Shown: positions 12,445-26,232 of the stretch, piece by piece
Layout of the letters: each line of letters starts with the position of its first letter
Position numbering within the stretch: the first letter of the stretch is position 1
Source of the DNA: Chrysomallon squamiferum
Lineage: Eukaryota > Animalia > Mollusca
Length of the DNA stretch: 64,000 nt
Direction: 5' to 3'
Assembly (NCBI GenBank): GCA_012295275.1
Contig: CM022674.1
Location: 5,642,001 to 5,706,000, forward strand
The notes under the pieces: model-generated
What the model was told of the DNA's origin: nothing
The model's input: only the letters and a program-made list of their open reading frames with translations
Database searches by the model: none
Program-made: the position numbers and the translations under genes

Positions 12445-13890
12445 TCAGCCTACAGACGGAGGCTGAACGTTGTTGAAGGGAGAGTAGCATGTGTCGAGAA
12501 CAGTGTTCCAAATGAGACCAGTCGGACAAGTATTAACATAAGCATTTCCAGCAATATCGCACTGTATGAACTTGTGTATGTCGGGATGTGGAAAATACAT
12601 TTTTCCGGCATTAATGTTTGCCTGGGTGCAATAATTCTGCATTCCTGCATGAGGTGGGTGAACAGTGGACACGGCGATGGTAGAATTCACTGGGTACACG
12701 CACGATACTTTTGTCTGGTCCCACAGCAAACCGGAAGGGCAGGTTAAAATGTTCGCGATGCCGTTTGCATTGCATTCGATAAATTTTGTGTTATCAGCAG
12801 GAAACGGCCAGTATTTTTGTCCGTTGTTCAGATGGACCTGTGTGCAAGGGTTGTTGGGGTTGATGGGGTTTGATGACGATGTCCCACTCGTACACGATGT
12901 TGTTGCCTGGCTGTACGTCATGCCTGTAGGGCATTGCACAATGTACATTCTTTGAAACATGTCGCACTGGATGAATTTGTGATTGTCCTGGGGGTGGGGA
13001 TAGTAGACAAGGCCCCCGATTCTTTGACAGGGGTTGTTGGCCGAGTTTTGTGCCCATGTGTCTGAAAAATTGAAAAAAAAATTAAAAATAAAAAATAAAA
13101 AATAAATAATAATAAAATTAACTTTCAATTTAATGAGAAATAAAGAATTAAGATGCAAAATTAACCATGTTAATTTAATTAAGAATCTATAGTTTGGACA
13201 CAATTCATTTTATTAATATAATTATTAAAACATGTAGTTTATATTTTTTCAAAAGAAAAAGAAATCAGTTAAAAAATGGAGAACACAAAATATAAAAAAA
13301 TATAAATATATAATATACACATAAAAGAAACACGTAAAAAAATATTCAATACAAAGTGGCATAGTTTCGTTTGTAAAAAAGTATATATTTAACTTACCTA
13401 TACATGGCTGAATTTGCCTTTTTCCTGAAACCAAAATAAAAATAAATAAAATAAAAATCTACATAAATAAATGAACTGTTAAAAATTAAATATAAAATAT
13501 TTATGATGATGAATATGCTCAGCATTAATACAAATTTTAGCTGTTTCATTATAACTAATACAAATAAAATTAAATTTCATTTTATAAATTTGTCACATTT
13601 TAAACTATTTCACAATGAATTATAATACACCAATGTATTTGTTCATTTTAATTGATCATATTATGTATTTAATGTCACTAAATATACTTTAACCCACTGA
13701 CATTTATCTTTCAGTTGTCTTTAAACTGATAAAATATACTGATATACATATGTATGTTTACACACGCACATACATATATATCTGTTATTCTATATCAATA
13801 TATTTATCAATTTAGAGGAATACATGAACCAAAAATAAAATATATATATGTACATATATGCATGTGTGTGTGTGTATATATAATTATGTG

Positions 13891-13930
<40 letters not shown>

Positions 13931-14075
13931 CATGTATATAAATGTGAATCATGCATGTGTGTGTGTATATCTACACACACACACACATATATATATATAA
14001 TTAAAATTTCAAATCACACTAACCTCTAATAGCTGAAACAGAATATACAAAACACAGAATTACTAAAACCTTCAT
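12445..14075 (-). CDS. Secreted protein with three CBM14/peritrophin-A-like (ChtBD2) chitin-binding modules; exons 14075-14024, 13424-13398, 13061-12445; 231 aa
   Basis: Exon 1 MKVLVILCFVYSVSAIR (signal peptide), 27-nt micro-exon (G)KRQIQPCI, exon 3 DTWAQNSANNPC... with three repeats C-x8-11-(Y/W/F)P(H/F)P-x3-4-KFI(Q/E)C-x10-CP(T/S)G-x2-(Y/W)-x7-C. Phases 1/1 join in frame (52+27+617=696 nt) with GT-AG sites. Confidence 0.88.
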
Positions 14076-14149
14076 CCTGGCAGTAATGTGTTTGCCCAAT
14101 CCGACCTAATCTAAAAAAAAAAATGTCGAAATCTTTCCACAAACGTCAC

Positions 14150-14155
14150 TTTATA
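14150..14155 (-). promoter_or_regulatory. TATA box of the chitin-binding gene
   Basis: Minus-strand TATAAA(G) about 75 nt upstream of the ATG at 14075. Confidence 0.5.
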
Positions 14156-14519
14156 TTTTGCAAGAAAAATCGGGTGTCAGCAATGGTTTGTACAAAGTTA
14201 AATATTTATCCGGAAAAAGATTAGTTTGTTTCTTAGATATGGTAAAATGTATCTGTGATCTTTTATCAGTCCTGGGTGGAACTGGGCTGGCTTCGAAAAC
14301 TGGGGTAAATCACTTTGTGTAATAAAACCAGTATCTTGGCTGAGTTTGTCAACAGAGATATTCTAACAGTTAACAGTGTTTTGCAGATACAGAACAGATA
14401 TATAAACAGCCAGGGCTGGTTTTAGACTTGGCCAGGCCCTAAGCTAATGTAAGGGGTATGTTTGTGTGACAAGGAGGATGTTTGTATGTGCAAATGTGGG
14501 GGGTGGAAATGCATGTACA

Positions 14520-14555
<36 letters not shown>

Positions 14556-16522
14556 CCACCAAATTCCATTGCAAAGTTGTAGTTATACTAACAAAAATGA
14601 AAACAAGATAATGCTATTTGTATAAACAAAAACCATACTGTCTGTATTTGTACTAAATAAAGTCAACAAAAACAGCATAATTTTTATTTTATTTTGTAAC
14701 TGCCGAGTTCTGTTGTAAAGAAGTAAATCTACTAAATGTATTATTAAAAAACAAACAAGAAAACAGGTGTGTATGATCAATTTGTTTATTAATTAATTGT
14801 TAGAAAATAACAATAATTTCTTAAAATTTAGTAACATACAATTTATACAGTTCTGGTTTAATCTTTTATTTCCTTGAGGCAAGACAAATATAGTCTAGAA
14901 ATCAAATTAAAATGAAGAAAGGAAACAATTTATTAATTTATTTATTTTTTAATGTTTAAGATTTTTGGTGTGTGAAAATGGTCTTTAAAGTGTTCACTTT
15001 GTAAAATGTAAACAACAAATGTAAACAAATTTAAATACATTTGTATACAAGTGATTTTTTTATTTAATCCTGCTGAACAACCTTTGCTGATAATAAATTA
15101 ATAAGAGACTATGCAGAGGCTATTTTATTTCCATCTCTCTTTCTTTCTTTTTCTCTCTCTCTGACACATCGAGGAAGGAATATCACTTTCATTTATCACA
15201 AACCTGTTACATTATTGTTAAACTTTATTTGTTAATAAAGGTTGGTCACATATATAAAAGCATTATTTGTCCACACTGCTGTATAAACACTTTATACTCA
15301 AAGTCAACATAAAAAAAAAAAAAGAAGAAACTTTAATTATAATATGCTTCTTACATCCCAGTTTGAAATACAAATGCCAGGAGAGGGCAGGATCGAAATC
15401 ATGCATCTGAATATGATTTGTTATTACAGTTAGCTTCCATTTTCACACACAGACATATATCAATAAGTGCATAATCCCACACAGTATGTTACATCAAGGC
15501 TATGTTAAAACTAACACAAATTAAGGCCAATGTGTTAGTAGTGTATATTGACACAGTTTCATGAAATGAGCAGTTTCACATAATTAAAACATTTATAATT
15601 TTTCATAAAACAGTGAGAAATAATTTCATAAATCGTAAATATTAACAAAAATTAGTGCTGGTAAAACAGATACAAACAACTGCATATGGTCAAATACAAA
15701 ATAGTTACTAATGTTCAGCTTGCATAATAATTTGCTATTTCGTTTTATTTAATGATGAAGAATATTAAAAGGGACTGAAAAATTTTCTCATGTCTGGTTA
15801 CATGTAAAAAGCATATAATATACAAATCATCAATAATGATTATTTATTATCTCATATGCTCAGTCTGTTACATAACTCTGAAATACAATAACGTCTCAGT
15901 TTTTGAAAACTTAGTTTCTCTGAAAAAACATAATGACATAACCAAAAGAGAAACCTTCCAAGTACACAAGTTGTTTTACTAAACCTACAACTCTTTGAAA
16001 AAATAAAAATAAAAAGTTCAACACTAGTGGTTAAATTTAGATCAGGTACTGTCACCAGCATGATCCAAGTCTTAGTACTAGATAATTTGTATATGATTTA
16101 CTGACCTGGCCAGACAATATTTACATTTTATTTTTCATCTGGACAAAATTAGATTTAACCGTATTTTCAAATTGAGCAATTAGCAAAAAACTGAATAAAT
16201 ATTCTTTAAATATGTTTCAGTGTATTTTAAAACAAATTAAAACTGACCCCAAATTATGATAACGTACCTTTAATATTTAAAAAAAAATTAATATTGCAAA
16301 CTCATTTTGCATAATTATTGCTCAGAGGTTTGTTATAGAAATAAATATTTAAACTTTTGTGAATAAACTCAAAATACAAAAAAGAATATATATATGTATA
16401 TATTATTAATATTATGTATTGATTCTTGAAATGTAATAAGATTTATAGTATGTTTAAATATGTTATCATGGATAACCTAAAGTTCAAGAATGTTTTAGGA
16501 AAATAATAAATAATTTTATTGT

Positions 16523-16559
<37 letters not shown>

Positions 16560-18765
16560 ACTGAAGATATATATATATATATACACATACAAACACAACA
16601 GATATGCTCTAAAAATACATGAATATATTGAGCAAATACTTCCTCCCCCCCAAAAAAAAAGAAGAAAGAAAACACATTTATGCAAAAGGAACATTTTCAC
16701 ACACAAAAAGAACATTTCCAACAACAAAAAAGGGAGATAACTTTCTAAAATTACGTTGTTATTTTGCCCTAGTTCAAACATATTGACAGGAAGACTACTA
16801 AGAGGCATGATTTTTACATTTATTTATTTATTTAATTAATTAATTATATGTGCATTTATTTACTGCTGATTTAAAGATAATTGTCGAATAAATTGAAAAC
16901 AACCTTTTAAACACCCACTTTGAAGCAAAATATTCTTAAAAACTGAAAAAGTAACAAATTAAATAAATAATTAAATAAATAAATAAAATGTTTTTAAAAA
17001 TGGAACAAAAAATTAAATATCAAACTGACAAACTTCCCATTCTGAATATTATCAGTATTATTATTATTATTATTATTATTAACAATAATAATAATAGTAA
17101 CAGTAATATTTATGATGATAAAAAAATAAATATGATGACAATGATATTTAAACAAATAATAATAATAATAATAATGATAATTCTCTCAAATGAGATGCAT
17201 TTCAAAAATAAATCTGATTAGAATACTGAGCAAATAAAATTTTAAAAAGTCTCATTATCACTGGCAAAAACAATGAGCAGTTGGCTATATCTATATTTGT
17301 GTGTTTATGATGTCAATGTATAACTGATTGTGTTTATGTATATGGAAGCATGTATGTATGTGTGTATATGTGTGTGCATCAATGTGTGTTGTATTTCTTT
17401 GTGTTTGTGTATATATAAATGAGTATGTGTCAAAAAAAAAAAAAATAATAATAAAAAAATATGGTGGTTTTTAAAAATTGTGCGATGCATATATACAAAT
17501 AACAAATATTTCTCTGAATATTTGTAAATAAAATCCTGGTTTGTCCCTCATTATGTACAGTCACTGTTAAAAGATTTCCACTATATAATCAGCATTTTTT
17601 CTAAAAGTGCAACAAAAAAACAAAACAAACATTTTTACAAAGAAGAGAAAGATTTATAAGAATATTTCATTGTCACTGCAAAGAAGAAACTAACAGGTTT
17701 TGTCATATCAGAATTGGATGTTTTTAAAACATAGCGTTATGTATGCAGGTCAGAGAAAGCAAGATAGCTGCCAGATAATGGCTTACACACAGACGGACAC
17801 ACACAGACACACACACACACACACACTATTATGTACCTTCCCAACAGCTGAATCCCACAACCTTCAATAAAAATAATCAAAATGAACTGGCCGTGTTGGG
17901 AAATTGGGAAATAGCTTAAATCTTATTTGTTACTATCATTTCGTTCCTTGCTTTGAAAACTGTTCTTATTTTCAAAAAACCAGATTACTGCTCTTACAAT
18001 CATCTCTGGCAAAAGTCTGTTATTGGGGTGGGAGAGTGTGTGTCAGGTTTTTTGGGGGTGGGGTTAGGGTTGTTATTTTAAAACTGTAATGGAGACGCTA
18101 CGTGTTGCAGAAAGAACACATGTATGATCACTGATCATTTTAAATCAAGTAAACTAAATGGAAATGGTTTTTTTATTTTACATATATGTTTATTATTATG
18201 AGGTGTATTTACTTACAGAATGTACACATCTTTCTTTTATCTAATTTCATTGAGCAGGTTCATTTCATGTGATAATTTTATTGACAAAAATCACCCAAAT
18301 GAAGACAGAAATTCTGTAACATTAATAAATTTAACATAAATATATTAAATTGTAGCATAATAATGACGTCTTCTGGTAGGTCAGATTAAAATAATAAAAG
18401 TAAATAAATTAATTAATTTCAAAAATGTAACAGTGACATTAACAGACAGCTTTGTAAAATTAATATATGAAGTAATGTTTGATACATAAATTAATAATTA
18501 ATACACAGATAAATATTTAATATTAAAAAATAAATGGTGACTATACATAACTAATATCATACAAAATTAATAACATTCAGTGTTATTGTTTAATATATAA
18601 AATATTAAAATATGTGTACAAACGTAATATAATTGGTACTTAATTTGAAAGAAAAACAAAATTTATAAATAATAACTTATACTCTATGAAAATTAACAAA
18701 ATTAAAAAATGCATCAAATTGGAAAAGATCAATAAAAAATTAAAAATTATATGGAATGTCTCAAT

Positions 18766-18813
<48 letters not shown>

Positions 18814-19360
18814 TTTAGTTACGGCAAAAAAAATTGGAAACATGACATTATTTCTTCAAAAAGACTCAAAAAATAAAAATAATAATAATAATAATAATGA
18901 AAAATCAATGGAATGTTTATTTAACTGGAATGTTATTAATAATATCAAACATTAAGTAATATCTATAGCAAGTGCTGAAATGTTTGACATCTAGAGGTTA
19001 ACAAAAAATAAATAAAAGTGGATTCATTAAATTAAGAGAAAAAAATATATATATATAAAATAAATTTCAATATCGCTATCTGCAAGGATTCCTTTAGAAG
19101 CATTTCCTAATAATCTTTTTTTTTTAAAAAGAAATTTCAAGACATTAATATAAATAACAACAAATGGAATGGCTTTAAATTAAATTAAAATCTAAAATAA
19201 AAAACAATAACAATATGGAATGTATTGGCAAACAGTTAAACAAAATTAAAATATAGCATTACTGTAACCTTGCCTTGCATCCAAGAAAATGAAATAAATA
19301 TCTTTCTTCTGGTAGGCTACATCTACAACTCTCTCTCTCTCTCTCCCCCCCTCATTAGAT

Positions 19361-19412
<52 letters not shown>

Positions 19413-20129
19413 CAAACTGGTTTTTACCTAATGATAAAGCAATATTACAGTGGTGTTAAAACATATTTTAAAGTTATACTTGTATATTTCAAGCTGATTT
19501 TATCTATATTTTTGTTTTTGTCATTTCTTTCTTCATTATAAAAATTTGCTACGAGCTAAACAAATGTCATGTTTATTGTTTTTTTAAATACAAATATATC
19601 TTTAAATTTTTTTTGTTAACTACAAAAGACCATCATCAGACAGACAAACAAATATATACACAAACATACACATCGTGTTCATAATTCTCAATACAAAAAT
19701 TCACTGCATACTTATGTATCAAGCAATCCCCATGACAAAACAAAAAAATAAATCATTTCTTTCTTTCTTTTTTTTGTTTTCTTCATGGAAGTTTATAAGA
19801 GGCACAGCATTTGAATGCAGTTGGCACATATTTTCTGAAAGACATTATTTAAAAATAACAACAACATTCATGCAACTTCCCAAAACCCAAATTATCATGC
19901 ATGCTGTTTTCAATAATAATTTAAAAAACCTAACTTTCACATTAAATCAAAAACTTCATTTAAAACCGGGATAAAATAAACTTCAAACAATTCTTCAGGA
20001 ATGACTCATTAGATAAAAACAAATAAAAATTCAGCATTGACCAAACTCTTGACACGCTATCTTTCTGTATCTTTAGATCAAAATCTTTTTCCATGACATT
20101 TTATATCAAAAAAAATATTTAAAAAATTA

Positions 20130-20940
20130 AAAATTAATTCTTTACTCTTTGGATTCAAAAACTTCACATACAATAATTTCATTCAAAGTATTATCCATGA
20201 CTCTGTAGGTAACAAAAACTTTATAAACAATTTTAATTCTTTCTTAGATAAAAAAAATAAAAAAAAAAAACAACTTTATGCATGAATTGGACCACAAACT
20301 TCATATCAAAGTTCTTCAAATCAAAGCCATGACACAACTTTCATTTTCAAAAATATGAAAACTGTATGCATAATTCTGTACAACTGTATAGATGAAAAAA
20401 ACAGTTCACACCAAAGTGTGATAATCTAAAACTTCATATGTAACTCTTTAGATAAAAAAACAAAAAAAAACAACTCCTTAACTCAAAACTTCACACAAGT
20501 CTAATTATCCAAAACTTCATATATAACTCTTCAGATAAATTCCTGTACAATTTTTTAAATCAAACATTCACATTCAAATGTGATCATCTGAAACTTCATT
20601 TGCAAATCATGAGAAAAACCCATGTTCAAATTTTTAAATCAAAACTTCATTTGTAATTCTTCAGTTTAAAAATAAAAGTTAATCCTATGTTTAAAATCGA
20701 AACTTTACATCTAAGTCTGATGATCCAAAACATCACATATCCTTCTTTAAATTTAAAACAAAATATATATTCAGTTCTTTATGTCATAACCTGGCAAACC
20801 AGTTTGTTGATACCTAAACCATACATTACTCTTTAGATTAAAAAATACAAAAACATCACATAAATTTGTTATTTAAATGAAAACGTCTCACCAAAGTCAT
20901 ATGATTAAAAAATAAACCTCGCACATAATTTTTTGAATCC
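20130..20940. repeat. Degenerate tandem repeat just downstream of the TMCO4 stop (likely 3' UTR)
   Basis: Repeated (c)aaaacttca(t/c)a...(a/t)ctttagataaaaa / aagt(c/g)tgat(a/g)atc motifs at roughly 30-65-bp spacing. Confidence 0.6.
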
Positions 20941-20984
20941 AAAAAAAAAAAAAAAAAAAAAAATTAAAGCAGATTTCAGGTAAA

Positions 20985-23622
20985 CTAATCATCTTCAAAA
21001 GTCAGATGGTAGTAATCGACATTGGAAAGTTTCTGTGTTAACACGTCGTCATTTTCAAACGTTTCGAAACCATCGTCTTTTTCGAACCATTCCAACCTCT
21101 CTCCGTCACTGTCCTTAGCCAGACAGGTCTCGTCTGTCTGTCCTGAATGATTTCCAGACATGTTGTTGCTGCTTTTGCTTCCGACAGCTTCTTCGGAAGA
21201 AAGGTTCGTCAACTCATTTTCTGACGAAATGTTCGTAAACGTTCCCGAATCATTTTTCAGAGAAGGTTTCGATGCTGAATCATTTCTCGAAGAAGACAGT
21301 TTCGGCGATTCTTTCCCAGGCAGAGCGCTGTCTGAACTGACACTCGATGTTGATATTTTAGCCTTCACGACAAGAGAGTCAGCTTCGTCCAGACACAGAT
21401 TCACTTCGTAATTTTTTTCTTCAAATTCATCCGTTTTGCACGCCGTTTGCGCCGGCCTCGTTTTCGTGTTGCTTTCTTCGCTGACATCGTCATCGTCGTC
21501 GGAGCTGGTGAGGTCGTCAAGGTTAATGCTTATTCCGCTCTCCTCTTCCACGGGCGTGGCTGCCTTCATTGCGATGAGGCGGGAATTCAGCTCGGCAGGA
21601 TCGGTATTTGCATAGTCGGATTTATCTCCCTCTGTGCGAGCCACTGAAACGGAATCCTTGGTTCGAACGCCAACTATTTTTAGAATGTTGTCAAGTTGAT
21701 TCAGGTAATCGGTGTGGCCGTTTACCTGCAGGCGGTATAGAGATGGAGCTTATTTCAGGTGTTTTGAAATTAATTTATAAACTGTATTTTAAATGAATTG
21801 GTTTTTTGGGGTTTTTTTTGATCTTATAAAGAATGTATTTACAAAATGGTTATAAAAAACATTATACAGCTCTGTTTCATGAAAACAGTTTAAACAAAGT
21901 AAATAAATATTAAATAAATAATAATCATCATCGTATTAATAACAACAATGTTAATAATAATAATAATGATAATAATAATAATAAATAATAAGTTGAAAAT
22001 AAATATAAATATTCTTCACAAAGTAATTATTAATACAGATGTTCTCTATTTAAAAATAATCTTTAACTTTTACAACACAATTTATCAGAATTGAAGTGTA
22101 GCTTTGGCAAAATCAAACTGTTAATATATTTGAAACCAGTAAGTAGATTTTTTGAATAAAAATGGATGCTTACTAGACTGTAAAAGTTAAAAAAAATGTT
22201 CAAATAATAATAACAATAATAATAATAACAAAAATAGCAGTAACAATAACAACAACAACAACAATAGGAAAAGAAATAAGAAGATGAAGAAATTTAAGAC
22301 TTCGTTAAAAAAAAAGAAAAACAGAACGAAAAATTCCATATGACTGATTTTGGCAGAATGGGTCACAAAACTTTCATCTAACTATAAAGAAGACACAAGT
22401 AAAAACATACCACATCACTTAGGTCTATGTTGTGCATTCGACGATTGTCCCATTTGACTGGTCCAAGGCCCGCAACTCTAATCTGAACAGAGGCTGTCCG
22501 ATACAAAAATTTCAGCAGCCAATCACCTCTAAAATAAAATTAAATAAACTTTTCAGTTAATACATTTACATTCTCAAGATATGTGTATATAAAAAAAAAA
22601 TCAAGGTAAATATATTTGATGTATTTTACAGGAGGTAACTGTTACAGTGCACAATCCTTTTGTAAAATATAAAATAAAAATATAAGACAAATAGGTGAAG
22701 TTTGTCATTAAGTGAATCTTCAGATATGTGATAAATCAAGAATTAAATTAATGTATAAAAAATTATCTAAAACAAACTGAAAACATCCCTCAAAAGAGAT
22801 CTACTTTGATATTTTTATTTTACTTACGTTTGATATTATATAAATATATTGAAGTACTTTTTTTTAATCTTTTTTTTTTTTTAAATATTCTGAACAAAAT
22901 ACATTTATATTCTATAATTCTGCTCCACATATTTTTTTTTACATTTTAGAATTAGACTAGTATTTGATTTCAAATTTCACCTTGTATACAAAATATTTAA
23001 TTTCATGCTGTGTATTTTGGCAAGACACAAAGATTAATACCAAGAACAAAACCAATCCAGCACACATAGTTAGTACCAAGCAATAGATAGAACTGATGGC
23101 TGCTATTTTAACAACAGAGATTACCTACAGTATCCATTGATAATTTTCCCACCAACAATTCTTCCTAGCGGCTCCCAGAACTGAGGAGCTCCAGAAACTG
23201 GCGCCCCTAGGAGTATAACATCTTCAACAATTCCATCAGAACCTGAAATAAAAATAAATAAATAAATAAATAACACACAATATTATATATATATATATAT
23301 ATAGAGACACACACACATATGTGAATGTCTTAATGTCTGTGTGTGTTTTATGTATTTATATTATTTATGTGCATGTTATTTATATGTGTGTTATGTTTTA
23401 TTTGTTATATGTATGTGTTTGAGTGTGTTAATTATATCTGCGTGTCACTTATATACGAGTGTTAATTATATATGTGTGTGTGTTATGGATATGTATGCAG
23501 GCGACTATATTATTTATATATATGTGTATGTGTGTTACTTATGCAAGTGTATGTTATTTATAAATGCATGTTTGTGTCTGTTTGAGTGTGGATGTTATTT
23601 ATATAAGTGTTTGTGCATGTTA

Positions 23623-23676
<54 letters not shown>

Positions 23677-25110
23677 TGTGTTTAGTTATTTTTATATGCG
23701 CATGTCTGTATTATTTGTGTGTAAATAAATTATTTGTGCTGCTAAGACTTTTCATTTTTTCCAAACAGCATGCTGAAACATAGATCAGATTTTCATGTGT
23801 GCATGTATGTGTGAATGTAGGAGTTTATAGATGTTTAGTTGTATGAGTTTGTATCCTATCTGTATAAATGTAAAAAAATAGTAATAAAACCAAAAATAAT
23901 TAAATGTGACATGATATCCGATTTAAATGTCAAACAAAATACATATCATTGAGTTTCCATTACCTTTCCTCTGTGCCATTTCTTTCAGGCAAGTGTAGAT
24001 AACTCTAGCTCCAAGGCTAAATCCAATCAGAGTTACTGGTCTTTGACCCTGGAGGTGGAAAATATAATTCTTATTCTGTATTTTAACATGGAATATTAAC
24101 TTAAGAATTTCATTTAATAATGCTACAACGAAATAAATTAAATTAATCCAATGTAACACAACAATGTAACAAAATGTTAATTAAAATTTAATAAAATAAA
24201 ACATACCTGTTCTCGGGCTAAGAGAACTTCTGCCAACTTCTTGCCAGTGTTGTGAGCCCGTTGCATAGCAACACTCCAAGGATTATCTATGACACCAGCT
24301 GCAGACAGTAATATGGCAGGCCATGCAACAGCAGTCACTAAACCTGAAATAACATTCGTAATATTGTAAAAAAACTTTTTTAAATTTATAAACATTTTTT
24401 TATCTGTTTTACACACACACATACAAACAGAGTAATATAATTAAAAAAAAATAAAAAATAAAAATTTAAATTTATAGAATATTTACCTGTTTTACACACA
24501 CACACACACACACACATACAAACAGAGTAATTTAACAGGAACATATTAAAAAAAAATTTAAATTTTTTTTTTAAATTTATAAAATCATTTTCATACACAA
24601 ACTCTCAGACAAACAAACACAATGATTAAAAACAATTTCTAACTTGCTAATACAAAATCTTTAGATATAAAACAAAAAGGAAAAAAAAAAAAAGAAAAAG
24701 AACTGTGATTAAATACCTGATAAAATTGTGTATTTCAATGCTTCCTGGGTTGCCACGGAGACTGCCCCTGATACAAGGTAGGTCATCGCAGCCCCTAACT
24801 GCATCAAGTACTGGGACTCCCATTTCAGTGAGTACTGTTCCCTCGATTCGGCTAGCTGCTTCCAGGGAGCACGGAAATCTGAAAAGTTTCTAAAATTTGA
24901 GTTACAATTATAATATCTGTTTAACTTTGAGTATAAATTTTGGATTATTTATTCAGGATTTTTTTTTTTTAATTATTTTTGAATATCATCTTCTTCTTCT
25001 TCTTACAGATTGTCTTTTAGTGTGTCTTGAAAACCATGATAGAAAATAATGTACAGAACACAAAGTATTGTATTTAAATAACGCTCAGATGAATTGATAA
25101 AAAAAGAACA

Positions 25111-25143
<33 letters not shown>

Positions 25144-26187
25144 TATACGAAAAATTAAAAATAAAATAAAATAAATAAATAAATAAAAATAAATAAATAA
25201 TATTTAAATGTTTTAACCCAAATTTCACAACATACAATTAAAAAATTATATTATTTTAATGAAAAAAAAATTGACATGCAAAAATTTCATTATTAAATAA
25301 CATTAAGCATATTGATTATTATATAATTGAAATCTGAAAATTAAACTTTTAAACATTAAATATTTATAACATAACTGGAATATATCTGTGGATGTTATTA
25401 CATAAAAATACCTTCACCATAAACTTTTAACAGAAACGTAAAAATGAATTCGAAAACAACCATTATAACTGTCAGACAATAAAACTACAAATGCAAAAAT
25501 TACGTTATTATAACCTTCAGAAAACAAACACAAGTGTAAAAACTATTATTTTAACAATCAGAAGGCAAGTCATATTTGCAAAAATAATTATTTCAACTAT
25601 TAGAGGTCCAAGGAAAAATGTGAAAACAACCATGTTAAATATCACAGGCAAAATAAAAATGTAAAACCATCATTATAAAAGAGGACTTAACATAGATATA
25701 AAGATTACAAATATCAGAGGATAAACTTTCTTTTAAATAATAATTATAATAATTTGAGATTTTAGCATGTCAAAAATACCTGCACTACCTTTTTATTTAT
25801 AAACAGATAAATCTAAGAAAATTCAAATTAGAACTATGTAAACCTTGTTGTTCGTTGGTCACCCATCCAGTCACTGCTACTGTGATGTGCAGTTGTTTGA
25901 TCTCTTCTGGGTCAGTGGTTGGATTGGGAGAAAGACTCTCAAACTCAAACTCTTCGATATCACCAACTCTTTTCTTCATTTTGTAACCTGCAACAGCAGA
26001 CCACTTCAAACAGACTTTATTTATTTAAATATGGCTGACATTATTAAATACTGTAACTTAACTGTTCAATTTTTTTTTACTATTTTTGTTCCCCAATTGC
26101 ATATAATTATCATGAAAAACATATATCAAAGATGGCAGCCTCTAAAATGTGATTCTGTTTTGTAGACTTCCAAATTAATAGTTCATA

Positions 26188-26232
<45 letters not shown>

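Noticed and set aside
15355-15406. Apparent minus-strand exon (ttcag|ATGCATGAT...GGAT|gtaaga) as first exon of the chitin-binding gene
   Set aside because: No frame gives a signal peptide; the exon at 14075-14024 does, joins in phase and has a TATA box.
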